Assembly: GCA_002269645.1 (NCBI GenBank)
Contig: NIVC01001308.1
Location: 62,001 to 126,000 of the forward strand
Source: Macrostomum lignano
Taxonomy: Eukaryota
Length of the DNA stretch: 64,000 nucleotides
Direction of reading: 5' to 3'
In this document: piece by piece, positions 47,890 through 60,194 of the stretch
How positions within the stretch are numbered: position 1 is the stretch's first letter
Layout: each line of letters begins with the position of its first letter
Position numbers and translations under genes: made by a program
The notes under the pieces: model-generated
What the model was told of the DNA's origin: nothing
The model's input: only the letters and a program-made list of their open reading frames with translations
Database searches by the model: none

Positions 47890-49041
47890 TGATGTGTTCC
47901 TTATTACCAGACCTTCTCTGTAATCAAGGAACAATCACTTCTAGAACTTTAGCTAGGCAACCCAGTATTCAACTGAAGGTAGTTATTACCTTGAGTCCGG
48001 TTGAGTAGTTCTCTTCCTGTGAGTTGATCTCGCAATAGGAATCGGTTAGATCAGTTGATCTGGCGCCTTACTTCTTGTCTCGGGTCCGAGTCTTCTTTGT
48101 ATTCCTTGCCGGCCGGTATCTGTAGTGTAGACCAATAGGAAGCTTCCAATTAATAATAGGATCCTTGCGCCAACAGCGGTATCAAATAAGCCTACTCCTT
48201 CTAGCAGTGACTTGATGCACTCTAGGTATAGCTCCGGTAATCACTGATAGTCCTCTAAGATCTATCAGGGCAGTCCTTCTGGAGATTGCAACCAATGGAG
48301 TCTAAATAGACTCAAGAGTCTCAACAGACTCAAACTAAACTCAAATGAGACGTCTCAACAACAGGCGCAAATGAGTAAGGCTTCAGGAAGTCCTGCTGAG
48401 GCTTCCTCTTCGGAGCTCTTCTCCTTCCGGAGGATTTCTTGGCACTTGTATTTATAGGTAAATGAACCTCCTTCGAGGTCGTCCATCATCTTTTTCGTAA
48501 ATGTCAAAGGGTCACGCTTTGGTTGCTGTCAAGCATGACAGGGAAAAAAAATTGCGCAACTAGTCTACTGTAAACGCGCATGATTGGTTACCGTAGCTGG
48601 TAGCTTTTGATTGGTTCATCCGGGTGCAAACCGGGTGCAAGCCAAATGATGAATCGCAGGTGGGGTTTGAACTGACAAATGTAGGTCGCACGTGACCAAT
48701 GATGAGTCGCAGATGGGGTTTAACTTGACAATTGTAGGTCACGCATGATTGGTCGGTTGCAAAAAATAACATGTTCGACTTTACTCTCTTGTGGTTGGCT
48801 GACTAGAATATACTTGTGATTCAGTACTTAATTTTATACATGCTACTTATCTTACTACTGAGTTACTACTGGCCCAGCTGCTGAATTTTTACAATTTCTC
48901 GTCGATATCTTTAACCTTCTTTATTCAGTTCTTCATTCAAATTACTTATTGAAACTATATAAGTGAGTATTTAGTCAGAATTATTGTGCAAAAAGTACAC
49001 TGGCTCCGTAAGGAATATTGGGCCAGAATTGCGCCTCCACA
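47890..49041 (-). mobile_element. Solo LTR related to the inner-element LTR (right boundary uncertain)
   Basis: 47890 to about 48460 is the reverse complement of the inner LTR from the TATA region to its 3' end, with substitutions. The U3 side is divergent and no TSD was confirmed. Confidence 0.7.
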
Positions 49042-49465
49042 AAGAGGTTCTCATCTATAGGTTTTAGTTATAGAAAAGTCCTTGGCCTAGTTATCCATAA
49101 AAATCCTGAATAAAACACTGCTCCCATCATTAAAAGCCTCGCTATACGTTATCTGCAGATGCCTCAGCTTCCCGCATGCCCGTGCATTGCCCAGCACGTC
49201 TGTCGCTCAGGAGTCAGGAGTGAGGGAGAGAGACTGACTCCATATATCAACTTTATTGAATCCTCTACTTGGCTCCCTGCTGCAATGTCTCGCTGCCTTC
49301 AATAAAGTTGCGCGTTAATTTTAGCAATTTGTCTGCATGCTGGTTGAGTTGAGCCGTTGAGCTTTGGAAGCAACGAAGAGATGCAGTGGGAGAGCTGGCA
49401 TATGGTAATGCATGCAGAGCAGTCATTGCTGACTTCGCTACTCCAACAGGATCCTCAAGCCAAAG

Positions 49466-50297
49466 TGATGTGTTCCTTACTACCAAGACTTTTTAGTAGT
49501 CAAGGAACAATCACTTCTAACTTCTTTGCTAGGCAACCCAGTTATCAGATAAAGGTACTTCTTACCTTGACTTCGATTGGAGATATCTCTTCAGGAGTTC
49601 TCTTGTAGATCTCGCTTGGATCTCTCTTTGATCTCGTAGATCAGGCGCCTTGGTTCTCCTGTTGCCCTGGTCCTGGTTCTTCTTGCACTTCTGATGAAGT
49701 GACTTCCGGCCGGTGTCTGCAGTCAGGACCAATCAGAGGCCTCGCATCAAATAATGGGTACCCTGCGCCGAATAGCGGTTTCTCCTTAGCCTTCTCCTTC
49801 TAGTAGTGCCTCTATGCACTCTAGGTAATGCTCCGGTAATCTCTAATAGATCCTCTAAGATCCTCTACTCAACAACAACTGGCGCAAATGAGAAAGGCTT
49901 ACCGCAACAGCTCGACCGAGTCTCGATAGACTTGGTGATCAGGAAGTCCCTCTAAGGACTTCCTCTTCGGAGCGCTCCTCTTCCGTGGGGAGAATGACTC
50001 CGGTACCGCTTTGGGCCGCTTGTATTTATAGACGATTTTGCAGGCCAAAAATAGTAACATGACTCATGGGTTGCGCTATAATTGGTAACATGACTCTTTG
50101 CGGCTATTATTAGAAAGTGATTCATTCCGTTGCAATAAATAGTAACATGATTCATTCTGCTGATATAAATTGTAACATGATTCATAACATGATTCATCGT
50201 TAAAGTTTAGGTCCGCATGCGTGCACTTACTTACTTACAGTAGCATCCATCCTAGGATTATCAATTACTTCTTTTGCGGGAGGTAGAACACTCTACA
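49466..50297 (-). mobile_element. Solo LTR (832 bp) of the inner-element family
   Basis: Termini TGTAGAGTGTTCTAC..GGAACACATCA on the - strand, and a 4-bp TSD AAAG on both sides. Confidence 0.92.
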
Positions 50298-51279
50298 AAA
50301 GCATCTCACAGTGCTTTGATGGGTTGAAAAATCCAAAAGCGCCATCTCAGATGTGCTCAGATTTCAACAGCCATTTAGAAAGTCAACAGGCAGCACTCAC
50401 GATTGTTGCTAACTACGAGAGCGTAATATTTTATCATAAGGATTCATAAAATGTGAGGATAGAAAGTTTTGTATATAATTGTTAGAAAAAAGTACGAGAA
50501 AAAAGGTTAATATAGTATAGCGACAATTACAGTAACTTACAGCTACTGTAAAAGTATCGAAGAGTCTCGCTACAGACATTACAAGCTTAATGACTCTGGT
50601 TAGCTAAAAATATTATTCTCACTTCTGTCACCGCAACATAAAGTTATTTCTTCATCATTGAGTGCTATAAGGTAAGCTGTCAAAGCTTAGTACAGCGATC
50701 AGTTTTAAGAACGAATGTTAAAACAAAGACCTGCTTTAATAAGCAAAAGCAACTCTACAATGGGGTCAAGAAGCAGACGGGTTGAAGAAAAACCTTCAGT
50801 TGTAAAAGCACTTTAAAATTACAAAGAAAACGATCATTTCATGCAGGCATGCTGCGCCACCAACCTAAACCAAAGCTGCTAGAGCTTGCATTAAATAAAT
50901 TTCTGTTGGATAAAATTTGTCCTGAAATTATTGGGGTCGTGACTCGACAAATCAATTAACGCAGCAGCTGACCTGCAGGAAGCTTTACGAACTCCCCACT
51001 AGCCCAGAACTGAAAAATTCACTAAATATGATTAGTGACACAAGGCTAAACAGTCTAGTTTAAATTCCAGAGGTTGGAATTTAAAGAGCTTAATTTTAGT
51101 AAATAATTACGGACAAGCAAGCAATCATTCATTCAAACATACAAATCTTAGAGATTTAGTGTATTTAGATTACTTCATCCCTCTCGGACGGTGCAATTTA
51201 TTCTCTGCAGGCACTTTAATTCTCTTTGATTCAACAGCAAATCCCTTCAATACTCTCGCACATCACAGTTTTCAGCTCA

Positions 51280-51900
51280 GTTGAAAATCAGGCACTCAAA
51301 CGTCTTCATCGTCTTCATACGATAAAACAAGTGCGGTACCAGCCTCATTAAGATAGTAATAAAGACCCCGTGTGTTCATATTGGGATACTCTTTGTAGAC
51401 TCCGTTCGGGGACATGAATGTGCAATAGCCGTACCACCACCCGGAGGACTCTGCGCAGTTGCCTCCGCTCCAGTTGTCATTGTCGGAGTCCGGGGTGCTG
51501 AACTGCTTGTTGTTTCGGCGAGTAGTCTGTATGAGTCAGCTGTCCGACACTCGACCTGCTCGCGTCCAGAGGTCCCATCGAGCACCTGAACTTGTCGCTC
51601 GCTGGGCCAACAGAGAACGGAGCATTTTCAGCCCAGTACCAGGTGCCGTTCCAGTCGCTGAACTCCCAGCGGACTCTCCACACTCCAGTGGCGGTGAGCT
51701 GGTGGAGCTGCTCCAGTCCCAGTCCAGTAGTTGAGACTCTCGCCCTGACCGAATTCGCTCGCGTAGTCCGTCCAGCTGCGGTTGAAGCTGACGGAGCCGT
51801 CGACTCTGTGCTGGAAGGTCGTCCAGCACTTCACCGGGTTTCTCATCTGCAATGGGAGATGCGGTGCTGCAGTCACCATTACAGCGCAGATGAAGAGCAG
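51280..51900 (-). pseudogene. Fibrinogen C-terminal domain (FReD) pseudogene
   Basis: WTTFQHRVDGSVSFNRSWTDY..FG, YW-GLEQLHQLT and FSTPDSDND..GNCA..SGWWY are spread over different frames (at least 2 frameshifts). Confidence 0.85.
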
Positions 51901-52362
51901 AGAATGCATTGTGCCGGAGACAGCAGTTGTTTGAGATTCCGCAGTTTTGCTCCACGCGTTTGCATCCCGAGAGGCCCCGCTTTGATAACTTGAGTTTGGA
52001 GGTGGGTGACTGAGTTTTGTTTATGCGCGACTGCTTGGCAACAATGAGCGCACAAGCGGATGAGAGAAGAGAATTGAGACATCAATTTCCCGGTTCCTAC
52101 TCAGTGTACAGCTGTGTTACTGAACCATATAGCTGGGACTTATGGTAATTGGTGGTCTGGATAAGCAGGGCTCTGTAGCATGTAGAATACGAGCGTAGAT
52201 GTGGAGATTGATGGGAAATGCATAATGGACGCCGGGTGTCTGAGGCCTCTGTGCACAGATGCTTTGATGAAGTTAGCAACTGGGACTGAGGGCAAGGCTC
52301 TATATCGACCGCTTGTGCTATTAATGTTCCTTTGCTGGTTTCCTGGTTGCTGGTTAATATGC

Positions 52363-52650
52363 TTAAGACCGAGGTGCTAATTGTGTCGGCTGCGGTGTGT
52401 CCGCAACGATGAAGTTAGCAGAAAAGAGGCGGCGTAGCTCCGGGACAGCGATACACAGCGAGCGCTGGCCAAGAGTGCGGACTTCGCGACCATCAACGCT
52501 GCGTAGGAGGACTTTTGCGGGTGCCAGCAGGTGGCGAGGCGAGGTCCAATGACAGCAGGGAGCACTATAGGCACCGATATCAATGACGAAACGAACAACA
52601 GTTTTGAACTGTTTACGAGCTACATGGTAGCTCGTAGTAACGAAGAATCG
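52363..52650 (-). mobile_element. Degenerate Ty3/gypsy aspartic protease fragment
   Basis: RFVIDIGA..LRSVDGREVRTLGQRSL..LRRLFSANFIVAD resembles gypsy retropepsin; followed by stops. Confidence 0.6.
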
Positions 52651-53406
52651 GCCTTGTTGAATCGTAGGTGACATAGGTGGGGTAGGTGAGGTGACGTAGC
52701 GGATAATGCCAGCAGGTCCGGGTGCAGGTGGAGGATGCGACACAGCTTTCAAGTCGCTGGCGGCGTGGGCTCGGCAGGAAGGTACATGTAGCTTATAGGC
52801 CTGGCCAAGGCGAAGTTCTACCCGTCTCCGAGTCGCACCAAGTCGCACTTGGTCGCGAGGACTTGGTCGCGAAGTCCCACTGTCTCCGAGGCGAGGTAGT
52901 AGACATTAGCGACGAGAACCTGGTGTCAAGTACATGTATGCAGTGAGGGTTGGTCGCAGTTGAACCGAAGCGAGGGCCAGGCTATATTTAAAAGTAATAA
53001 ATACTGGACTTCTTCGTGCGCACGGAGAGGCAAAAATTCTTGATCGTGCAATCTAAATATACTAAATCTCTAATATTAAACTAAACGTTTAAAATACGCA
53101 CAAAACAGGCACAAAATAAAACGGCCCAATTAGGGGCCACCACACGCGAAAAATACACAGATGAAATAGGAAATGATTATTAATTGTCAGTTTAATGCAA
53201 AAATCTGACAGCAGTACTGCATGCTCAGCTGCAGGATGTACATGTAGCTAGCTCGAAACAGTTTGTAAAAATGTTATCATGACAGCAAGCGAAAGTAGTG
53301 TAAAAAATTATAAATTTGTATTGTTTGCTACCTTCTGTACATGTACGGCTGCATATGCACTTTAAATAAAGAATAAAAAATTATACACAATAGTTAATAC
53401 GAGTAT

Positions 53407-53590
53407 CAGGCGTCGGCAAACTCCGGCCCGCAAAGCCTCTCTATCCGGCCCTCGGGGTCCTTTGTAACTTCACAATAGCAATCCAGCCCACTCATGGTCT
53501 GTCTCTCTTCTTTTTTCTCCTTTCTTGCGCCGATCTCTCCTCTCCTTTCTCATCTCCTATCTCCTCTCTGGCCCGCAGTAATGCGCTACA
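53407..53590. mobile_element. Partial copy of the hAT-like MITE family seen at 5896-6269
   Basis: Reverse-complement similarity to the end and internal part of the 5.9-kb copy. Confidence 0.5.
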
Positions 53591-54012
53591 TGCACATCAG
53601 CATGTAAAATCTACTTGTACATCTGGCCCTTATGTTAAAATATTTCAACACAAAAGTTATTTAAATTACTCTTCAATAGGTGTAATCCATTATTTTATGA
53701 CAGCCCTCTCCTTCAGACGTGACTTGTCCATCCTGCTGCTGCTCACTGAACTCGTACTTTGTTGACGAACTTGCTGGTTCTAAGTGACAGTTATAACAAA
53801 AGAAAATCAATTATTTTTTACAGTTTCATTGTAAAAAATCAAGTTATAAATTTTTGAAGTCATACGTTCTGCTGAAGTGCCTTCACCATATTGCTGCTGG
53901 TACATTTGCTGTTGCTCCTGAATCTGCATCAGATGCTGCTGGTACTCTGGCGAACTCCTCACATCGCCAATGACGAGCTCGGAGAAGTGTTTCTTTGCAA
54001 TCGTCCAGATGC

Positions 54013-54383
54013 AGGGGGGCCGTAGCCCAGCGGTAGCGCAGCTGCTCTGGTGTGCCAGCGACCCAGGCTCGATTCCAAGTGCAGTCACATTAATTTGGGG
54101 CTGAATTGGAATCTCGGCTTGGCTCTGCTCGTGCAATTAACGGCCTTGAGAGCCAACCCCCCCAAGGCGCAGTGAAGTGTACATGCCTAACGATAATATA
54201 AAGTTAGGGCCGCTGTACGCTCCTGTGTGAGTGTGTGCCTGCGTACGTATCCGCGCGCTTGTATGCCTGCTCAGGGGAGTCGGCGGAATGGGCACTAATG
54301 CCTCTCGCCGGTTGTGTGCCCATGTCGCTTAAAGTGCGCCAGGGTGCACACAACCCCCCTGCCTCTAATAAAAAAAAAATCGG
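54013..54383 (+). mobile_element. Full-length tRNA-derived SINE
   Basis: A box TAGCCCAGCGG (54023-54033), B box GGCTCGATTCC (54066-54076), A-rich tail, and 8-bp TSD CCAGATGC. Confidence 0.9.
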
Positions 54384-55199
54384 CCAGATGCTGCTGTGCC
54401 CGTTCACCTGTAAAAATATTTCAAAGCGATTATACGATAGAAATGCGTCTTACAACCAGGTATTAGTTCAGATTGATGACCGAGAAGCCTTCTAGGTGCG
54501 AATTTAAAAGGCCGAGAGGCACAGGCAGTTGTTACTGTAGTCGTAGCGAGTCATTCGCTTCTATGCTGGGTAGCAGAATGGCTGCCACCACTTCGCTAAT
54601 CATTTTCTTGCCTTTGAACTTTAGCTTCTGCCGGTTGGTGAATATGAATATGAGTTATTGAGAATATATGAGCTCATGGGAGAACTGCTAAGATGCCGAG
54701 GCTTAACGGAGAATCTCTAAGATAGTTAGATGTCGAGGCTCATGGGGGAACTGCTAAGATGTCAAAGCTTATGTGGGAATCGCTTAAAAGTATGTGGCAT
54801 TAACAAGCTTTAGGAAATTAACAATAGCAACTGGTACTCGTAGATAAACTCGAAATTAATTAAAAAAATGTATATCTTTCTTTGTTGCCTCCCTGTTGGG
54901 GGGGGGGCACAGAATGCTAGTCTACTATACTAAAAAAACGCATTTTGATTTAACCCAATAATTTGATAACCAATCGTCACCTTGCGAATCTCAATGGTAG
55001 TTTTGTTCAGCTCTCGACACGATTGGTTGCGAATTTCGCCTATGATGCTGAATGACTCGCAGGCAGAAAACCGCGCCTATCCAGGTGAATGTTGGCCACA
55101 ATGTCTCCGGCGCAAAGACAGCTGAACAAGCTGCAGCACGACCTGGCTGGGGATCAGAAGTTGTAAATGGGAATCCCATTTTAATCCCATCCCTCCTCC

Positions 55200-56320
55200 C
55201 TGATGCTTCAGTGGCGCCTCCTCCTCCCCGATGCCTCAGTGGGTGCCTCCTCCCCGATACTTCAGTGGGCGCCTCCCGATGCTTCAATGGCGTCTCCTCC
55301 TCCCCGATGCTTCAATGGCGCCTCCTCCTCCCCGATGCTTCAGTGGTGCCTCCTCCTCCCCGATGCTTCAATGGCGCCTCCTCCTCCCCGATGCTTCAGT
55401 GGTGCCTCCTCCTCCCCGATGCTTCAATGGCGCCTCCTCCTCCCCGATGCTTCAGTGGTGCCTCCTCCTCCCCGATGCTTCAGTGGCGCCTCCTCCTCCC
55501 CGATGCTTCAGTGGCGCCTCCTCCTCCCCGATGCTTCAGTGGCGCCTCCTCCTCCCCGATGCTTCAGTGGTGCCTCCTCCTCCCCGATGCTTCAGTGGCG
55601 CCTCCTCCTCCCCGATGCTTCAGTGGCGCCTCCTCCTCCCCGATGCTTCAGTGGCGCCTCCTCCTCCCCGATGCTTCAGTGGCGCCTCCTCCTCCCCGAT
55701 GCTTCAGTGGCGCCTCCTCCTCCCCGATGCTTCAGAGGCGCCTCCTCCTCCCCGATGCTTCAGTGAGCGCCTCCTCTTCCCCGATGCTTCAGTGATGCCT
55801 CCTCCTCCCCGATGCTTCAATGGCGCCTCCTCCCCTCCGATGCTTCAGTGGCGCCTCCTCCTCCCCGATGCTTCAATGGCGCCTCCTCCTCCCCGATGCT
55901 TCAATGGCGCCTCCTCCCCTCCGATGCTTCAGTGGCGCCTCCTCCTCCCCGATGCTTCAATGGCGCCTCCTCCCCTCCGATGCTTCAGTGGCGCCTCCTC
56001 CTCCCCGATGCTTCAATGGCGCCTCCTCCTCCCCGATGCTTCAGTGGTGCCTCCTCCTCCCCGATGCTTCAATGGCGCCTCCTCCTCCTCCCAAATGCTT
56101 CAGTGGCGCCTCCTCCTCCCCGATGCTTCAATGGCGCCTCCTCCTCCCCGATGCTTCAGTGGCGCCTCCTCCTCCCCGATGCTTCAATGGCGCCTCCTCC
56201 TCCCCGATGCTTCAGTGGCGCCTCCTCCTCCCCGATGCTTCAGTGAGCGCCTCCTCCTCCCCGATGCTTCAGTGGGCGCCTCCTCGGCTCCTCCCCGATG
56301 CTTCAGTGGGCGCCTCCTCC
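55200..56320. repeat. 28-bp GC-rich minisatellite (ATGCTTCAGTGGCGCCTCCTCCTCCCCG)n
   Basis: About 40 copies; it produces the spurious 444-aa ORF and overlapping ORFs. Confidence 0.97.
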
Positions 56321-57249
56321 TTATTATCGTCGATGTAAACTTCCTGGGACGCGTAGATTTCCCTGTCCTTTTCATTGCCTTTGTCAGATTGAACCTGGCT
56401 GCTTCCGAATGGCGTGACTTCAATGCCTGTAGGACCAATTCAGGACAGCGTTTCAATCAGGAATCTTCACAAATAAAAAACACAACAAAAGAGACCACTG
56501 CCATGAGAAACTACTGTAGAGGGACACAACACTCGCAAAGTTCACTCAAAGGCCGAGGCACGTAAAAGTTTAACAAAATTAAAAAAACTGAAACCGGTGT
56601 TCATTAAACGGACTAGCTATTTTGGATAAATTCGAATGGCCTATCGCTACAAACTTGTTAACTCGGTCAAGAAAAATCCCCACTAAAAATGCACCCAGTC
56701 GAGAGAAACAACGCAAATTTTGACATAACCTTGCCTAATTGCCACACTGGGGCCAGCAGTATTTCTAAGAAATAAAAATATACATGTTGATCTGACTGCT
56801 CCGTTATCTTAAGTATTAACGTAACATCAGGTAAACCACAAACTGGCTTAATTTTCTAGCTATCTGATCCTGACCAGGCCGGTAAACAGACTGCGGGTTG
56901 ATCTCGGAGTCTAGAAATTCAATGCTGAACTGTCAAAGTTTCATATTTCAGGCCGACAAAACAACTCGGTTACCTTAATGAGCTTTGATCAAAATCGCTC
57001 TTAGGACTTTTTTCAATCAAATATTTTTTGAGCAGACTTAGAATCTTGCCGTGCCGTACATACAGACTGATGCTGTACTTTCTTGAAAAGAAAATTCTGG
57101 TACAGCCTCGCGGCAAATGTATTCAGAAGTGTACCAATTATAATGTACATCTTGGGACTACTTGTATACATCTTATGACCAGAATATTCCTGCTGTCTGA
57201 AAGTCAATGATTGATACTACTGAGCCGGAAATGTTAAGTAGTTAAATCA

Positions 57250-57632
57250 GATCTGGATTATTGCAATCAGATCTGGGTCATTGCAATCAGATATAGGTCA
57301 TTGCAATCAGATATAGGTCATTGCAATCAGATCTAGGTCATAGCAATCGGATCTGGGTCATTGCAATCAGATCTAGGTCATAGCAATGGGATCTGGGTCA
57401 TTGCAATCAGATCTAGGTCATAGCAATGGGATCTGGGTCATTGCAATCAGATCTAGGTCATAGCAATCGGATCTGGGTCATTGCAATCAGATCTAGGTCA
57501 TAGCAATGGGATCTTGGTCATTGCAATCAGATCTAGGTCATAGCAATGGGATCTTGGTCATTGCAATCAGATCTAGGTCATAGCAATGGGATCTGGGTCA
57601 TTGCAATCAGATCTAGGTCATAGCAATCGGAA
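57250..57632. repeat. 20-bp minisatellite (TTGCAATCAGATCTAGGTCA)n with alternating variants
   Basis: Directly visible; two variants alternate to give a 40-bp period. Confidence 0.93.
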
Positions 57633-57929
57633 ATGGGTCAAGAATAGACTCGAAATAGAAATAGACTCAAAGTTTAACAATAAATAGTGCAAGGCACACA
57701 TGTGCTGGCTTTACCATAGTATAAGTATATTTTGATCATGAAACGTCAGATTAATATTGATAGGCTTTAAATTTTATAACTGCACCATCGTAATAATAAA
57801 AACATGAGTTAATTTTTGCAAGATTGCAATACACGCTATTGATAAATAAAATAACAAGTAAAGTGTTATTCAGTTATTCTGTAACAGATTCAGCTCGCTT
57901 TGCCATATACAATATAAAGAAAACAGTAA

Positions 57930-58040
57930 TCATAGGAAATTTGTGGGAATCCATGCAGGTGCTCTACCCATTCCGCCGACTCCACGCACTTGTACACACG
58001 CTCAAACGGGGTGTACAGCGAACCCTCGAAGCAACCATTG
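57930..58040 (-). mobile_element. Old fragment related to the tRNA-SINE body
   Basis: Shares GGAGTCGGCGGAATGGG and the preceding GCTGTAC..GTGTG context with the 54-kb SINE. Confidence 0.45.
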
Positions 58041-58669
58041 GTATCGTGGCGCGAGAATAAGTGCTCTGGTCCCCAGGACTTTACCATAGACTATAAAATT
58101 AAAAGCACTGCTTTTAAGTGAGGGAGGTGAGCTGGGTGTGGGTGCCCATGGCCTCACTTTGAACCATAGACTCATTCTATAGAATCTGATGTACATATAT
58201 GATTCTGATTTACGAGTAAAGCCCTTTTAATTATCATTGTCGATTTTTATCTTCCATCGAAATGACTGACGAATATATGAATACAAAATTCTCTAGTAGA
58301 TTACTTGTAGAATTTTTTTGCTGTTTATGACCCTTGAAAAGTCGTTTTACGCTATAGATCACATTGAGCTGGAGAGTTGGTCCCGCGGTGAGAGCCAATC
58401 ATGGCCCGCATGCATCTACATCAACGTCAACAATAGTTGTCAATGGTAATAAAAATATTCAGTTGGTAAAAACAAAGTAGTAGTGATGATATTGATTTCT
58501 TGTGAAATGCGAAATTCTACGAAAATCTCTAAACAGACGCTCAATTATAAGTAGTATCATTGTCGAATAAAAGTGTATCTAGCGTTCTAGATATCTGTGC
58601 TTTTCATAAACTCAAGTCTTGCATGCTTATATCAGTCCTAATAAATAATAATAATTGATTACATCTGCC

Positions 58670-58900
58670 CTAATGAGCAGATGTGCAACCGACAGCTCAG
58701 CCGCAGCTATTGCAAGGCGCATCTGAAGGCTGCGTACGGCTGTTCAGTCCAAGGACTGGGGAGGGGGTCGCCACACACCCTCAACTACCCCAGCTAATGC
58801 TGACACCCATCTTACAGCTGTGTGAACTGACGTAATGCAGAGTTAAGCGTCTTGCTCAAATCACACAAATTGTTCTATTGGGATCGGGAATCGAACCCCC
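58670..58900 (-). mobile_element. Second SINE family remnant (CORE-like body)
   Basis: B-box GGTTCGATTCC followed by TTGAGCAAGACGCTTAACTC..CAGCTGTAAGATGGG, resembling CORE-SINE central sequence. Confidence 0.5.
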
Positions 58901-59149
58901 CACCCCACCGACCTTCAAGCCGACTACAATAAGTGTCACTAGTTGAAGCATGTAGAGCCAATGGCATTTCAGGCCAGGGCCATACACATAGAAACTGTCC
59001 ACAAACAAAATGACACAATTTATTGGTAAAGCCAGAAAAATGAACTATTGCAATTTTAAAATGACAGCATTTACTAAATTGCTTAATAAAATCTCCCCAT
59101 AAAATATGAAACAATAAAAAATTTAGTATGCAATCATATTTTTAGCGTA

Positions 59150-59922
59150 ACAGGATCTGGGAGACTGGCCCAGCAACTGGGGATCTGGGAGGCTGGCCCA
59201 GAAACTGGGGATCTGGGAGGCTGGCCTAAGCAACTGGGGATCTGGGAGGCTGGCCCAGCAACTGGGGATCTGGGAGGCTGGCCCAGCAACTGGGGATCTG
59301 GGAGGCTGGCCCAGCAACTGGGGATCTTGGAGGCTGGCCCAGCAACTGGGGATGTGGGAGGCTGGCTCAGCAACTGGGGATCTAAGAGGCTGGCCCAGCA
59401 ACTGGGGATCTTGGAGGCTGGCCCAGCAACTGGGGATCTGGGAGACTGGCCCAGTAACTGGGGATCTGGGAGGCTGGCCCAGCAACTGGGGATCTGGAAG
59501 GCTGCCCCAGCAACTGGGGATCTGGGAGGCTGGCTCAGCAACTGGGGATCTGGGAGGCTGGCCCAGCAACTGAGGATCTGGGAGGCTGGCTCAGCAACTG
59601 GGGATCTGGGAGGCTGGCCCAGCAACTGGGGATCTGGGAGGCTGGCCCAGCAACTGGGGATCTGGGAGGCTGGCCCAGCAACTGAGGATCTGGGAGGCTG
59701 GCCCAGCAACTGGGGATCTGGGAGACTGGCCCAGCAACTGGGGATCTGGGAGACTGGCCCAGCAACTGGGGATCTGGGAGAAATGCCCAGCAACTGGGGA
59801 TCTGGGAGGCTGGCCCAGCATTTGGGGATCTGGGAGACTGGCCCAGCAACTGAGGATCTGGGAGGCTGGCCCAGCAACTGGGGATCTGTGAGGCTGGCTC
59901 AGCAACTGGGGATCTGGGAGGC
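59150..59922. repeat. 28-bp minisatellite (CAACTGGGGATCTGGGAGGCTGGCCCAG)n
   Basis: About 27 copies. Confidence 0.97.
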
Positions 59923-60194
59923 CCCAAAATTTTATCTTAGCTTGGGAAGAAAGTTAGCTGAACAGTACAGGAAGTGGAAATGAAAATAGCAGTTTCAATT
60001 TTTCTACAAGCTCTAAAACACTACTTTAAATAGTCAAGCATTGAGAAGGCGAAGCATGTTTAACAGCTATGCTCGGTGAAAAAACGAAAAATATACTTTT
60101 TCTGCGGTCGAAACGGTTCTTTTACATCTATAAATTCCTTTTCAATTGGCTCGCATTAAAACATATTGCCATACTGGCAGTGCTGCAATTGTTG

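Larger units (their letters stand above)
53673..56944 (-). pseudogene. Alpha-arrestin paralog C pseudogene
   Basis: Exon 1 from 56944 (MKL*QFSIEFLDSEINPQSVYRPGQ); exon 2 from 56426; 3' half of exon 3 ending 54981 (frameshifted, IHLDRRGFLP); exon 4 at 54454-54627 with two TAA; exon 5 at 53866-54407 split by a SINE; candidate last exon 53673-53779. Confidence 0.85.

Noticed and set aside
48727-48734. Apparent solo-LTR end (..GACA followed by ATTG, matching the left flank) giving an 841-bp LTR
   Set aside because: The site lies inside an internal tandem duplication that continues past it, and U3-like sequence extends further, so the match may be chance; the boundary is left unresolved.
54013-54085. 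Possible tRNA gene
   Set aside because: A and B boxes are present, but the sequence continues into a multi-copy body with an A-tail and TSD, so it is a SINE head.
55052-56565. Long ORFs (444, 247, 187 aa and others) over the 28-bp array; similar ORFs at 191, 7633, 8057, 14428, 22095, 59134 and 60573
   Set aside because: They are translations of stop-free tandem repeats in several frames, with no coding signal.
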